From a bacterium (GTDB taxonomy: Bacteria > Hinthialibacterota > Hinthialibacteria > Hinthialibacterales > Hinthialibacteraceae): a stretch of 64,000 nucleotides of DNA. The notes under the pieces are model-generated. The model ran no database searches. It was not told the origin of the DNA and saw only the letters and a program-made list of their open reading frames with translations. Shown in pieces: positions 19,638 to 29,034 of this stretch. How positions within the stretch are numbered: position 1 is the stretch's first letter; the number at the start of each line of letters is the position of its first letter. Both the position numbers and the translations under genes were made by a program. The DNA lies in contig CAXXMV010000008.1 of the NCBI GenBank assembly GCA_963662285.2, positions 1,578,992 to 1,642,991 of the forward strand. Direction: 5' to 3'.

Positions 19638-22600
19638 ATGAAATTTCCTTTCGAGCAGGTTGAGTCGCGTCTTAAAGAATTTTCGCAACGTCAATACTAC
19701 TATTCACGCATCGAGCGCTGCCAGAATATCCGAATCGCTAATGACGACATCGGCGATCCATTCGACTTTGCCGTAAAAAACGGCCAATGGAAAAAGTTCA
19801 GCGCCGGTCAAAAATGGCCTGATATAGATTCATATTACTGGCTGCAAGCGCAGGTCTGCACGCCTGACGATTTCCCCAAGGCGCCGCTGCTATTATTGAT
19901 GCGGCTTTCAAAAGACCTGACCCTGCATACTCCTGAGGGCATGGTATACGTCGATGGAAAGATGCGTCATGGCATCGACCGTATGCATGACGTGGTGCGG
20001 CTCAGCGAGTCAGCTGTCGCAAACCAGAAATATCAGATAGCCGTGCGGGTCTATTCCGGCTCGCCCATGATTGACCTGCGGCCCGCATCCGTCCAGCCCG
20101 CCCAATTGGAGGAATGCGCTGTGGCTTCGTTGAATCAGGCGGCCTATGATTTTTATCATCAAGCCCGAACCATGCATCAAGCCATTGCCACCATGCCCGA
20201 TGATTCCTACATTCGCGGTCAGCTGCTGGGTTTATTGGTCGAAGCCTTCAACCGAATTGATTATTGCTACCCCCGCTCAGACGAGTTCTATGCATCAATC
20301 ACCAAATCCTTGCGCTTGCTGAAAAGTGAACTAAAAAAGATCGACGTCCCGCCTTTACCCGAAACCGTAACCGGGGTGGGACATTCCCATATCGACGTAG
20401 CCTGGTTATGGCCGCTAAGCCGCACCCGCGAAAAATCAGCCCATACTTTCTCCACCGTACTCGACTTAATGGAACGCTATCCCGACTATAAATTCGTGCA
20501 AAGCCAGGCTCAGCTCTATGAATACATCAAACAGGATGAGCCGGGGCTTTATAAAAAGATCAAGCAAAAAATCAAAAACGGCCAATGGGAAGCCGAAGGC
20601 GGCATGTGGGTTGAAGCCGACTGCAACCTCACCTCCGGCGAATCGCTGGTCCGGCAGTTCTTGTATGGCCAGCGATTCTTTGAAGATGAACTGGGCGTCA
20701 AATGCAAGACCCTGTGGCTGCCGGATGTTTTCGGCTACAGCTGGGCGCTGCCCCAGATTCTCAAAGGCGCCGAAATCGAAAACTTCGTCACCTCAAAAAT
20801 TTCCTGGAACCAATACAACCAGATGCCCTTCGATCTGTTCCGCTGGCGCGGCATGGATGGCAGCGAAGTGCTGACCAGTTTCCTGACCGCGCCCTGCCAC
20901 CAATGGTTCTACACTTACAACGGCTTGATGGAACCCGGTGAAATCAAGGGAACCTGGCAGAATTTCAAACCAAAATCGCTGCACAACGAAGTGCTGCTAT
21001 CCTATGGATACGGCGACGGCGGCGGCGGCCCGACCGAAGAGATGCTGCAAACCGCCCGATGCCTCAAAGACATGCCCGCCTTCCCCAAGACCCGGTTGGG
21101 CCGGGTTGATGAATACCTGGAGAGGCTCGAACCAACCCGCAGCCAGGCCCCGGTTTGGAATGGCGAACTGTATCTCGAATACCACCGCGGCACCTATACC
21201 TCGCAGGCGCAGAACAAACGCTTCAACCGTCAATCGGAATTACTAATGCAGCAGACCGAACTGATCGCCAGTCTGGCGGCGCTGGCCGGAACCAAATACC
21301 CCCGTCAACGCATACGTAAAGTATGGGAAAAGATTCTGCTCAACCAGTTCCACGACATAATTCCCGGATCATCGATCCACGAAGTATATGAGGAGAGCAC
21401 AGAGGATTATCAGTGGATACGCGAAGAGGCTGAGTCCATTATCGCTGAGTCATGCGCTAAACTCACTAAACCAACCGGTAAGCAGAAATGCTATTCCATC
21501 TTTAACACGCTGGGCTGGATGCGCTTTGAGCCGCTGCTTCTTGCAGGAATCGAAGCCGATTCCATCCTTGACTCGGATGGCGATGTAATTGAAACGCAAA
21601 CTATTGAGAGGGTGGATGGCGAAAAGCAGTTGCTGGCTGATTGGGATTTTGAACCATTCAGCGCCGTCACCATTCAAGAAAACAAAACAACATCCGAGTC
21701 CGGGACGGATGAGTGCGAATCCAGTTTCCGCATCACCAAAAAACTGATCGAAAACGAAGTGCTGCGCGTCAATCTCAATGCTTACGGCGAGATAACCTCA
21801 ATCTACGACAAAGAAGCCCATCGCGAAGTTCTGGCTGACGGCGAAAAAGGCAATGTCTTCCAAGCCTTCGAAGACAAGCCGCTGCAACACGACGCCTGGG
21901 ATATCGACCTGTTCTATCAGGATAAAATGATATCAACCGGCGAAAAAGCCGAGATAGAAATCATCGATAACGGTCCACTGCGCGCCACGCTTAAAATTCG
22001 CAAGACCATACTCAATAGCGCGATCGAACAGAACATCTCGCTCTACCGCGACTCTAACCGGATTGATTTTGATACCAAAGTTGATTGGTTCAATAAAGAC
22101 ACTCTGCTCAAAGCAGCCTTCCCGGTTGCGATTAACGCCAGCGCGGCGACCTATGATATCCAGTTCGGCAACGTGCAACGCCCCACCCATTTCAACACCA
22201 GCTGGGATTGGGCCAGATTCGAGACCTGCGCCCACAAATGGGTCGACCTATCCGAGGGGTATTACGGCGTCAGCCTGATCAACGACTGCAAGTATGGCCA
22301 CGACATCCACGACCACACCATCAGGTTGACTTTAATCAAATGCGCTGGTTTCCCCGACCCGCTGGCTGATGTGGGAACTCACCGCTTCGCCTACAGCCTC
22401 GTTCCTCATATGGGTGACTGGCGCGACGCCTGCATCCCCCAGATGGCCTATGAATTCAACTCGGCGCCCCTGGTGCTTGAGGGATCATGGAATCACCCGC
22501 TGTTGCCCGAAGATCAACCATTCATCGAAGTGAACAGCGCTAACATCATTGTCGAGTCGGTGAAATTCGCCGAGAAGGAAGACGCGCTTATCGTTCGCCT

Positions 22601-22775
22601 TTTCGAATGCTATAACAAACGCGGTCCGGCAACCCTGACATTCAACCAACCACTGACCAAAGCCTCACGCTGCAACCTGCTGGAACGCCAGGAACAGGAG
22701 ATTGATAGAGAAGGCTATTCGGTTATGCTGAATATCAAGCCTTATGAGATAGTAACCCTGAAGATCGAGTTCTAA
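19638..22775 (+). CDS. GH38 alpha-mannosidase
   Basis: GHSHIDVAWLWP, WLPDVFGYSWALPQI, GYGDGGGGPT, GELYLEYHRGTYTSQ, LLNQFHDIIPGSSI. Confidence 0.93.
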   Translation: MKFPFEQVESRLKEFSQRQYYYSRIERCQNIRIANDDIGDPFDFAVKNGQWKKFSAGQKWPDIDSYYWLQAQVCTPDDFPKAPLLLLMRLSKDLTLHTPEGMVYVDGKMRHGIDRMHDVVRLSESAVANQKYQIAVRVYSGSPMIDLRPASVQPAQLEECAVASLNQAAYDFYHQARTMHQAIATMPDDSYIRGQLLGLLVEAFNRIDYCYPRSDEFYASITKSLRLLKSELKKIDVPPLPETVTGVGHSHIDVAWLWPLSRTREKSAHTFSTVLDLMERYPDYKFVQSQAQLYEYIKQDEPGLYKKIKQKIKNGQWEAEGGMWVEADCNLTSGESLVRQFLYGQRFFEDELGVKCKTLWLPDVFGYSWALPQILKGAEIENFVTSKISWNQYNQMPFDLFRWRGMDGSEVLTSFLTAPCHQWFYTYNGLMEPGEIKGTWQNFKPKSLHNEVLLSYGYGDGGGGPTEEMLQTARCLKDMPAFPKTRLGRVDEYLERLEPTRSQAPVWNGELYLEYHRGTYTSQAQNKRFNRQSELLMQQTELIASLAALAGTKYPRQRIRKVWEKILLNQFHDIIPGSSIHEVYEESTEDYQWIREEAESIIAESCAKLTKPTGKQKCYSIFNTLGWMRFEPLLLAGIEADSILDSDGDVIETQTIERVDGEKQLLADWDFEPFSAVTIQENKTTSESGTDECESSFRITKKLIENEVLRVNLNAYGEITSIYDKEAHREVLADGEKGNVFQAFEDKPLQHDAWDIDLFYQDKMISTGEKAEIEIIDNGPLRATLKIRKTILNSAIEQNISLYRDSNRIDFDTKVDWFNKDTLLKAAFPVAINASAATYDIQFGNVQRPTHFNTSWDWARFETCAHKWVDLSEGYYGVSLINDCKYGHDIHDHTIRLTLIKCAGFPDPLADVGTHRFAYSLVPHMGDWRDACIPQMAYEFNSAPLVLEGSWNHPLLPEDQPFIEVNSANIIVESVKFAEKEDALIVRLFECYNKRGPATLTFNQPLTKASRCNLLERQEQEIDREGYSVMLNIKPYEIVTLKIEF

Positions 22776-22781
22776 CCGTAA

Positions 22782-23549
22782 TTACGCAGCTAATTCATCA
22801 TGAGCGGTTTCCCGTTCTGACCACAGAACGGGGACTGCGTCATAGTTCCTAAATGCTTCAATTACATTTGAAGAAACTTCCGTATTAGCATCATTGAGGA
22901 AAGAGTACAGTTTTGATTCTGGAGACCGGGTTTCCCTGGTATCAATCCATTTATAAAGCAGCGCTTCTACAGAATCTTTTCTGGGATTGTTTATGGTTTG
23001 CAAAATACGCTCAGGTTGTTGACGTGATTTAGGAATCACAAAATCAAACATATAATCAAAACCACTTTTACCTGAAAATTTAACTTTTGGCGTATAACGG
23101 ATCTCCGTCAAATCCAGCCAATGCATCACATCTTCAAAAAACAGGCTGGTGATAACCGGCGATGCTGTATAGAATAGGTCATTAACCGATAGCATGGCTT
23201 GAATTATATTATGCTTACGCAAAGGAAAATTATCCTTCGTAGCATGGATAACAAGTTGTTCTTGATCCACCTTTACGCCAAATCCAGCCAATGTCGTATC
23301 CAGTAGTTCCTTACGTCTTGGAGAATTCAGTTGACAACCTGAACTAATAAGATCATTAATAATATATCCGTCATCAGTCAATAAATAGCCGCCATTCTCT
23401 TTACGCGCATAGATTTGCAGGCAATCGTTATGCCGATCAAGATAAGGCGTAGTGATTTCACACCATTGATCATTGACTTGTTCGATAACAGTCTTATCTT
23501 TAAGCCAATCAATGTGCTTGTTTATAAGTATTTGAATCTCATCTTTCAT
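22782..23549 (-). CDS. DUF1828/DUF1829-domain protein
   Basis: EITTPYLDRHNDCLQIY, LTDDGYI, KFSGKSGFDYMFDFVIP typical of this family. Confidence 0.75.
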   Translation of the reverse strand: MKDEIQILINKHIDWLKDKTVIEQVNDQWCEITTPYLDRHNDCLQIYARKENGGYLLTDDGYIINDLISSGCQLNSPRRKELLDTTLAGFGVKVDQEQLVIHATKDNFPLRKHNIIQAMLSVNDLFYTASPVITSLFFEDVMHWLDLTEIRYTPKVKFSGKSGFDYMFDFVIPKSRQQPERILQTINNPRKDSVEALLYKWIDTRETRSPESKLYSFLNDANTEVSSNVIEAFRNYDAVPVLWSERETAHDELAA

Positions 23550-23638
23550 GTCAACAAATCCGGTTGAATATCTGGTTTATCAATTATATTGCAATACTTC
23601 ATAAAAGACTGAAACGAATCATTCTGTATCTTAACCAT
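23546..23638 (-). pseudogene. C-terminal remnant of the usual upstream partner of DUF1828 genes
   Basis: Translates MVKIQNDSFQSFMKYCNIIDKPDIQPDLLT*, stop overlaps DUF1828 start as ATGA; FMxYCNI tail recalled from this partner family. Confidence 0.45.
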
Positions 23639-23658
23639 GCAATTATTTTTTATTTTTC

Positions 23659-24363
23659 TTATCTCTCAAGAAGAAAGTTCTTGTATATTTGATAATGCTC
23701 AGTCTCTTGATACTCAATGACGCTTACTGGACTATGATCGAAACTGTATATCTGAGCATCTTCGTAAGCCAACAAAATGGGGGAATGCGTCGCTATTATA
23801 AACTGCGCGTGTCCTCCTTTGACGTTTTCATGAATAATATCCAGCAACTCAAGTTGACTTTTGGGAGATAGCGCTGTCTCTGGTTCATCCAGAAAGTAGA
23901 TACCCCTTATCTTGTAGCGGGAACGAAAATAAGACATCATTGATTGGCCATGCGATTGCGTGACTAGAGACTTTCCTCCATAATATTTCAATTGCCCAGG
24001 ATCGGAGGCCGCCCAACTATCGACTATACCCCTGAAATCGTTAAACAGTTCTGAACCGAAGTACGATCCAGGCGCCATTCCATTGGCCCACTCTAAGGAG
24101 ATACATTTGTATAATTGTCTTTCATACGGGTTAAACTGGTAACGTTCATCTTCAGACTTGCGCCAAATATGAATATTGCCCGCAAGGGCTAACGCCTCCA
24201 ATAAAGTGGACTTTCCCGTACCATTCTCTCCCACGAAAAGAGTTACCGGAAATTCAAATCGCAATTGCTTAGTTTGATTGAAAACCGGCAAAGAGAAGGG
24301 GTAATGAAAATTCGATGGGTACTTTTCATGGTTCAATGTGACGCTAATTATGTGATTGCTCAT
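23659..24363 (-). CDS. Stand-alone ABC/AAA-type ATPase (COG3910-like)
   Basis: Walker A GENGTGKST, QSHGQS signature, YFLDEPETALSP, FIIATHSPIL. Confidence 0.9.
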   Translation of the reverse strand: MSNHIISVTLNHEKYPSNFHYPFSLPVFNQTKQLRFEFPVTLFVGENGTGKSTLLEALALAGNIHIWRKSEDERYQFNPYERQLYKCISLEWANGMAPGSYFGSELFNDFRGIVDSWAASDPGQLKYYGGKSLVTQSHGQSMMSYFRSRYKIRGIYFLDEPETALSPKSQLELLDIIHENVKGGHAQFIIATHSPILLAYEDAQIYSFDHSPVSVIEYQETEHYQIYKNFLLER

Positions 24364-24562
24364 GGTGTATTTCTATTTCCTTCAAGCAGATTGAACCCTT
24401 ATTATATTTCTTTATAAACATCTAACAAGATAATCACCCGCGCCACGGGATAAAAACCAGAGCCGCAATGCAGGAGATACACCCGAAAAAACTGTAGTTC
24501 AACAATGATTTTTTCTTCTGCGTTGATCGTTGATAAGAATTATTGAAATTGAAGAGGTGATA

Positions 24563-24598
24563 GCGCCAAGGGCAGAAAATACACTGCCTTTGGCGCCC
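24563..24598. repeat. REP-like palindrome family A
   Basis: GCGCCAAGGGCAGAAAATACACTGCCTTTGGCGCCC. Confidence 0.75.
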
Positions 24599-24609
24599 GC
24601 AACTCCTAT

Positions 24610-25887
24610 CTACCAATCAGTAACCGAACCATCATCGGCGTCATAGGTTTCGGGATTGCGCCAGTCGTGATCTATCTTGTCCGCCATTAGTTCTTCATCC
24701 AGTTCGATGCCTAAACCGGGAGCGGTGGGCAGCGGGATATATCCATCAATCACCTGGAAAGGCTCTGTTATGTAGCCGTCTCCCAGGGATGATTGTTCCT
24801 GACAGAGGAAATTGGGAATCGAAGCGGCCAATTGCAGCCCCGCAGCCAGAGAGATCGGTCCCAGTGGATTATGGGGCGCGATTCCGGCGTAATAGGCTTC
24901 AGCCATTCCCGCAATCAGGCGCACTTCGGTGATGCCTCCCGCATGGCACATATCGGGCTGCAGAATGCTGGCGGCGCGCTTCTCCAGAATTTCGCGGAAG
25001 CCCCATTTGGTGAAGATGCGCTCTCCAGTGGCAATGGGGATATGGGTGCTCTTGGCCAAATCAGCCATGATATCAACATTCTGACATTGCACCGGCTCCT
25101 CAATGAAATAGGGCTGATACGGTTCGAGAGCATGTATAAGCACCTTGGCGGTCTGCGGGGGAACCTCGCCGTGAAAATCTATGGCGATGTCGCATTCCTT
25201 GCCGCCCGCTTCACGTAGAGAAGCGAACCGCTCCGTAGCGTATTCAATGAAGCCGGGATTCTCGATAATTCGGGTGGCGCGTTTTCGGGCGACTCCGGTT
25301 TTGAATGCCCGAAATCCTTGTTTCATACCGCGTTCGATATCTTCCGGCCTGCCAGCGCGTCCATAGACTTTGATCTTACTGCGGGTGGGGCCGCCCAAAA
25401 GTTCATAAACTGGAACGCCCAGTGCTTTGCCTTTGATATCCCAAAGCGCCTGATCGATACCGGAAAGAGCGCTGGTGAGAATCGGGCCTCCGCGATAAAA
25501 TGCCTGACGGTAAATGGCTTGCCAATGATGAACCACCCGGCGTGGATCTTTGCCGACCAGGTATGGCGCAATCTCCTGCACCGCTGTAGCGCAGGTTTTA
25601 GCGCGTCCTTCGAGGATCGGTTCTCCCAGTCCGGTAATTCCGGCGTTAGTATGTATTTTGAGAAACAACCAACGCGGCTTAACCAGGAAGGTTTCCAGTT
25701 TGGTTATCTTGAGAGCGCCTTTAGGATCAATAAGCGCCGCGCCGGATTTGGCGCCGCTTTTATCTGCGTAAGGATCGTTCTGGGCATTAAGAGACTGAGG
25801 TATTGCAGCGAGCGCTCCGGCGCCAAACATGTTCCGTAACATTGACCGCCGTGATAGGGCGTTGCCTAAGCTGGTTTTTCGCGTCAT
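24610..25887 (-). CDS. dgoD: Galactonate dehydratase-like enolase-superfamily enzyme with Tat signal
   Basis: PRWLFLKIHT, YRGGPILTSALSGIDQALWDIKGK, DFHG, FIEEP, ATGER, APHNPLGP; SRRSML twin-arginine leader. Confidence 0.85.
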   Translation of the reverse strand: MTRKTSLGNALSRRSMLRNMFGAGALAAIPQSLNAQNDPYADKSGAKSGAALIDPKGALKITKLETFLVKPRWLFLKIHTNAGITGLGEPILEGRAKTCATAVQEIAPYLVGKDPRRVVHHWQAIYRQAFYRGGPILTSALSGIDQALWDIKGKALGVPVYELLGGPTRSKIKVYGRAGRPEDIERGMKQGFRAFKTGVARKRATRIIENPGFIEYATERFASLREAGGKECDIAIDFHGEVPPQTAKVLIHALEPYQPYFIEEPVQCQNVDIMADLAKSTHIPIATGERIFTKWGFREILEKRAASILQPDMCHAGGITEVRLIAGMAEAYYAGIAPHNPLGPISLAAGLQLAASIPNFLCQEQSSLGDGYITEPFQVIDGYIPLPTAPGLGIELDEELMADKIDHDWRNPETYDADDGSVTDW

Positions 25888-26103
25888 TTTGATGATCCTT
25901 CCTGATAGAAACTTGTATAATAAGTTCTGATTCGCGTTTACAAATCCTGTAAAAATAGTCTCTTATAAGACCAAACGCGACTATAATAGAACATGTTTTT
26001 GAGTAATGCTCTAATATTAAAAAAAAACTGGCGCCCAGTATAGAGACAATACTTATTTATATGATAATATGATATTTATACCAATGGAGAGGTTGCAAAG
26101 TTC

Positions 26104-26688
26104 ATGACAAACAAATGCTATAACCGCGGTTTCACCTTGATCGAATTGCTAATAGTTGTAGCCATCATCGGCATTCTGGCGGCTATCGCCGTACCAAATT
26201 TCCTGAATGCGCAGCTCCGCGCCAGAGTAGCCCAGGCCTATGGAGATCAGCGCGCTTTAGCCATCGGATTTGATATGTATGCGGTGGATAATAACAACAG
26301 GTATCCATATAGAGGCGGCAATCTGTGGGAATCATACATAATCTATCCTATGCTGACCACGCCGGTAGCCTATATGAACAGCATACCGCATGATCAATTT
26401 ACTATCAAAGACTCTCCACAGCGCGTAGCTCACGGTCATTATTATCCCGCCTGGAACGTTCATGCGGTGGTTATCGCTAATAGTTGGAATCCGGGCTGGG
26501 GCGGTTATCCCGTGCTCAATGCAGTAAAGAGCGGCTCTCGAATATTGATGGTCAGTTCCGGGCCGGATAAACACGAAGATATAGGCTCCCAGGGCGGCGG
26601 CCTTCTGGCCTATCACATGAGCAATGGATTGATCTCTGAAGGCGATATCTACCGATTCACGCCTGGAAATAAAGGCGATTCATTCTAG
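26104..26688 (+). CDS. Prepilin-type N-terminal cleavage/methylation (GspG-like) protein
   Basis: RGFTLIELLIVVAIIGILAAIAVPNF; SSGPD motif near C-terminus. Confidence 0.85.
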   Translation: MTNKCYNRGFTLIELLIVVAIIGILAAIAVPNFLNAQLRARVAQAYGDQRALAIGFDMYAVDNNNRYPYRGGNLWESYIIYPMLTTPVAYMNSIPHDQFTIKDSPQRVAHGHYYPAWNVHAVVIANSWNPGWGGYPVLNAVKSGSRILMVSSGPDKHEDIGSQGGGLLAYHMSNGLISEGDIYRFTPGNKGDSF

Positions 26689-26876
26689 ATATCTCTATAG
26701 TTATAAGTCTGTTTAATATCTAAAAATCACAGCATTATACTAATAATAAATGTCGGATAATCCTCTTTCTATGCTACTTTATAATCAGAAATGTTGGACG
26801 TACATACTTTCTAATTCGCGTGATTATAAATGAGCATATTTCAAGAACCGCTCCAGCAGAGCAAAAATCATAACTA

Positions 26877-27404
26877 TTGATGAACACGAACGAATTTGAA
26901 CAGTTGGCTCAGGAGCATCTCAGGCCGCTATACAGTTATTGTTTAAGCCTGATGTGCGACGCGCACTGCGCTGAAGAATTGGCGCAGGAAGTATTGGTGC
27001 GCGCCTTTCAGGCTTGGCCTACCTTAAGAGACCACAGCCGGTTCGCGCCCTGGCTGCGCGGCATCGCCCGCAGATGCTCGTGGAACCTATGGCGCAGCGC
27101 CAAACGGAATCCACTGGATCGCAGAGAAAACGCCGATGACAGCGAATTGCTCGATACGATTGTCGATGAACAGGGTACGCCTGCCGACCAAATGCAAAAA
27201 AATGAACTGAAGCAATCATTATTGAAAGCATTGAAGAAGTTATCTCAGCGTAACCGCGAGGTGGTTATTCTGCGCTATTTCGAAGAACTATCCTATGCGG
27301 AAATCGCCCTACGCCTGGGTATTACCATAGACGTAGTCGACCAGCGCCTGACCCGTTCAAAATTGAAGTTGCGCGGGATGCTGCAATCGGTGGAGATATA
27401 TTAA
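26877..27404 (+). CDS. ECF RNA polymerase sigma factor
   Basis: Region 2 AEELAQEVLVRAF..FAPWLRGIARR and region 4 LRYFEELSYAEIA. Confidence 0.92.
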   Translation: MMNTNEFEQLAQEHLRPLYSYCLSLMCDAHCAEELAQEVLVRAFQAWPTLRDHSRFAPWLRGIARRCSWNLWRSAKRNPLDRRENADDSELLDTIVDEQGTPADQMQKNELKQSLLKALKKLSQRNREVVILRYFEELSYAEIALRLGITIDVVDQRLTRSKLKLRGMLQSVEIY

Positions 27405-27405
27405 A

Positions 27406-28896
27406 ATGACCATGAAACCAATAAAAAAACTACATGGATATCTTTCCCGGTACGTCGATGACTGTCTCTCGCATGATGAGAAAGCATTCGTAGACGCCCA
27501 TCTGCAATCAAATAGCAAGTTGCGCGAGGTAGTCGATTCGCTGCGCTCCATATCACATATTCTAAATAAGGCTTTCAGGGAGATTGAACCAATGAACGCC
27601 GTGGAACTCCGCTTACAACAATTCGTAAATAACATACCCCATAGGGCTGCGCATTATCCAAAAAGAAAATGGTTCTCAGACTGGAGCGGTTTTTTCGCCA
27701 ATCACAGAAAACTGCAATACGCCGGTATTGGCGCGTCAATCTTGATCCTGACCATGTTAATCGTTCCCGGATTGATTGAACCCCATTTAAATTCATTGAA
27801 CAAATTACCATCCATACAAACAGAAAAAGACCTTGCTTTAGGTAATTACGTAATACAAGAAAATCGCGACAAAAAAGGCGGCGCCATGCGCGGTGTAACG
27901 GCCGGAGTAAGCCTCGGCGAACCGCTCCGCCGCAGCAAAGGAATTGAGAAATACGATTCTAATGAACGGTTTGGCAAAGGATACAGCCTGGGAAGACCTT
28001 TATCGCCTAATACTAAAGGCGGCGCCTTCGGAGGATTAGGCAATGAAACTAATGCATTAGTATATGATTCCAGGGGTATGGATAATGACGGTGATGGAAT
28101 AAGAGAAAAATATATCACAGATCAACCATCACCAGGCAATCAAATTGCCCAAGCTGACGCTAAATCCGATAAACCGCCCAAGGGAGAAAAAGGCGAACAG
28201 GCCATAATCGATGTCCGCAAAATCACCCGCAACGCCGATATGCAGGTCGAAGTTGCAGATATAAAAGAAGCGCAGAAGAAGGTTGAACAGATCGTAACAG
28301 AATCGGGAGGCGCCGTCGCCCATCTATCAACCCGCGAAGACGAAGACCGGCCTAGTGCGCAATACACTCTCTGGATACCATCCGCCAAACTGGATGCAGT
28401 GATTGAATCATGCAAACAATTAGGTAAAGTGCAAAATCTGGAAATACAGATCCAAGACATCACCGAATCATATTTCGATCAGCAAACCCGCATCAAAAAC
28501 CTGCAACGCCAGGAAGAGCGCTTATTGAAACTCTATGAACGCGACACGGTGAAGATGGAGGAACTGCTCAAGGTTGAACAAGAGATAGCGCGGGTTCGCA
28601 TCGAGGTCGAGAACTTGCAGGGACGGCAACGGCTCTGGGATCGGCAGATTCAATTCTCCACCCTATCCCTAAGTTTGCTTCAAAAACCAAAAGAGAAGCC
28701 CATCGTCGAATCTGAAGCGCAAGACGTATTCACCCCCATCCGCCGCGCATTCCAAGACGCCATCGCGGTTATCATGTATTCCTGTTCGCTGCTGGCAACC
28801 CTGGCGGCCTGGATATTCTCCTTCGCATTATTCATCGTACCCTGGCTAATATTGGTCGCAATCATCTGGTATATTATAAAACGCCGCATGAAGTAG
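27406..28896 (+). CDS. Putative anti-sigma factor with C-terminal DUF4349 domain
   Basis: zf-HC2-like N-terminus (LSRYVDDCLS..E...VDAHL), one TM, then RKITRNADM...DITESYFDQQTRIKNL...EIARVRIEVENLQG and C-terminal TM. Confidence 0.75.
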   Translation: MTMKPIKKLHGYLSRYVDDCLSHDEKAFVDAHLQSNSKLREVVDSLRSISHILNKAFREIEPMNAVELRLQQFVNNIPHRAAHYPKRKWFSDWSGFFANHRKLQYAGIGASILILTMLIVPGLIEPHLNSLNKLPSIQTEKDLALGNYVIQENRDKKGGAMRGVTAGVSLGEPLRRSKGIEKYDSNERFGKGYSLGRPLSPNTKGGAFGGLGNETNALVYDSRGMDNDGDGIREKYITDQPSPGNQIAQADAKSDKPPKGEKGEQAIIDVRKITRNADMQVEVADIKEAQKKVEQIVTESGGAVAHLSTREDEDRPSAQYTLWIPSAKLDAVIESCKQLGKVQNLEIQIQDITESYFDQQTRIKNLQRQEERLLKLYERDTVKMEELLKVEQEIARVRIEVENLQGRQRLWDRQIQFSTLSLSLLQKPKEKPIVESEAQDVFTPIRRAFQDAIAVIMYSCSLLATLAAWIFSFALFIVPWLILVAIIWYIIKRRMK

Positions 28897-28924
28897 ACGG
28901 GTAAAACGAGAAACATTATAGAGT

Positions 28925-28997
28925 GGGTAGCATCGGCTTCTAGCCGGTACGCCAATCCCTTCCTATTTGGCGCACCGGCTAGAAGCCGGTGCTACCC
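28925..28997. repeat. GTAG-type REP inverted doublet (family D) between convergent genes
   Basis: GGGTAGCATCGGCTTCTAGCCGGT...ACCGGCTAGAAGCCGGTGCTACCC. Confidence 0.75.
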
Positions 28998-29034
28998 TTT
29001 TTGATGCTACCTGTATATAGAATCTTTTGTGTAT

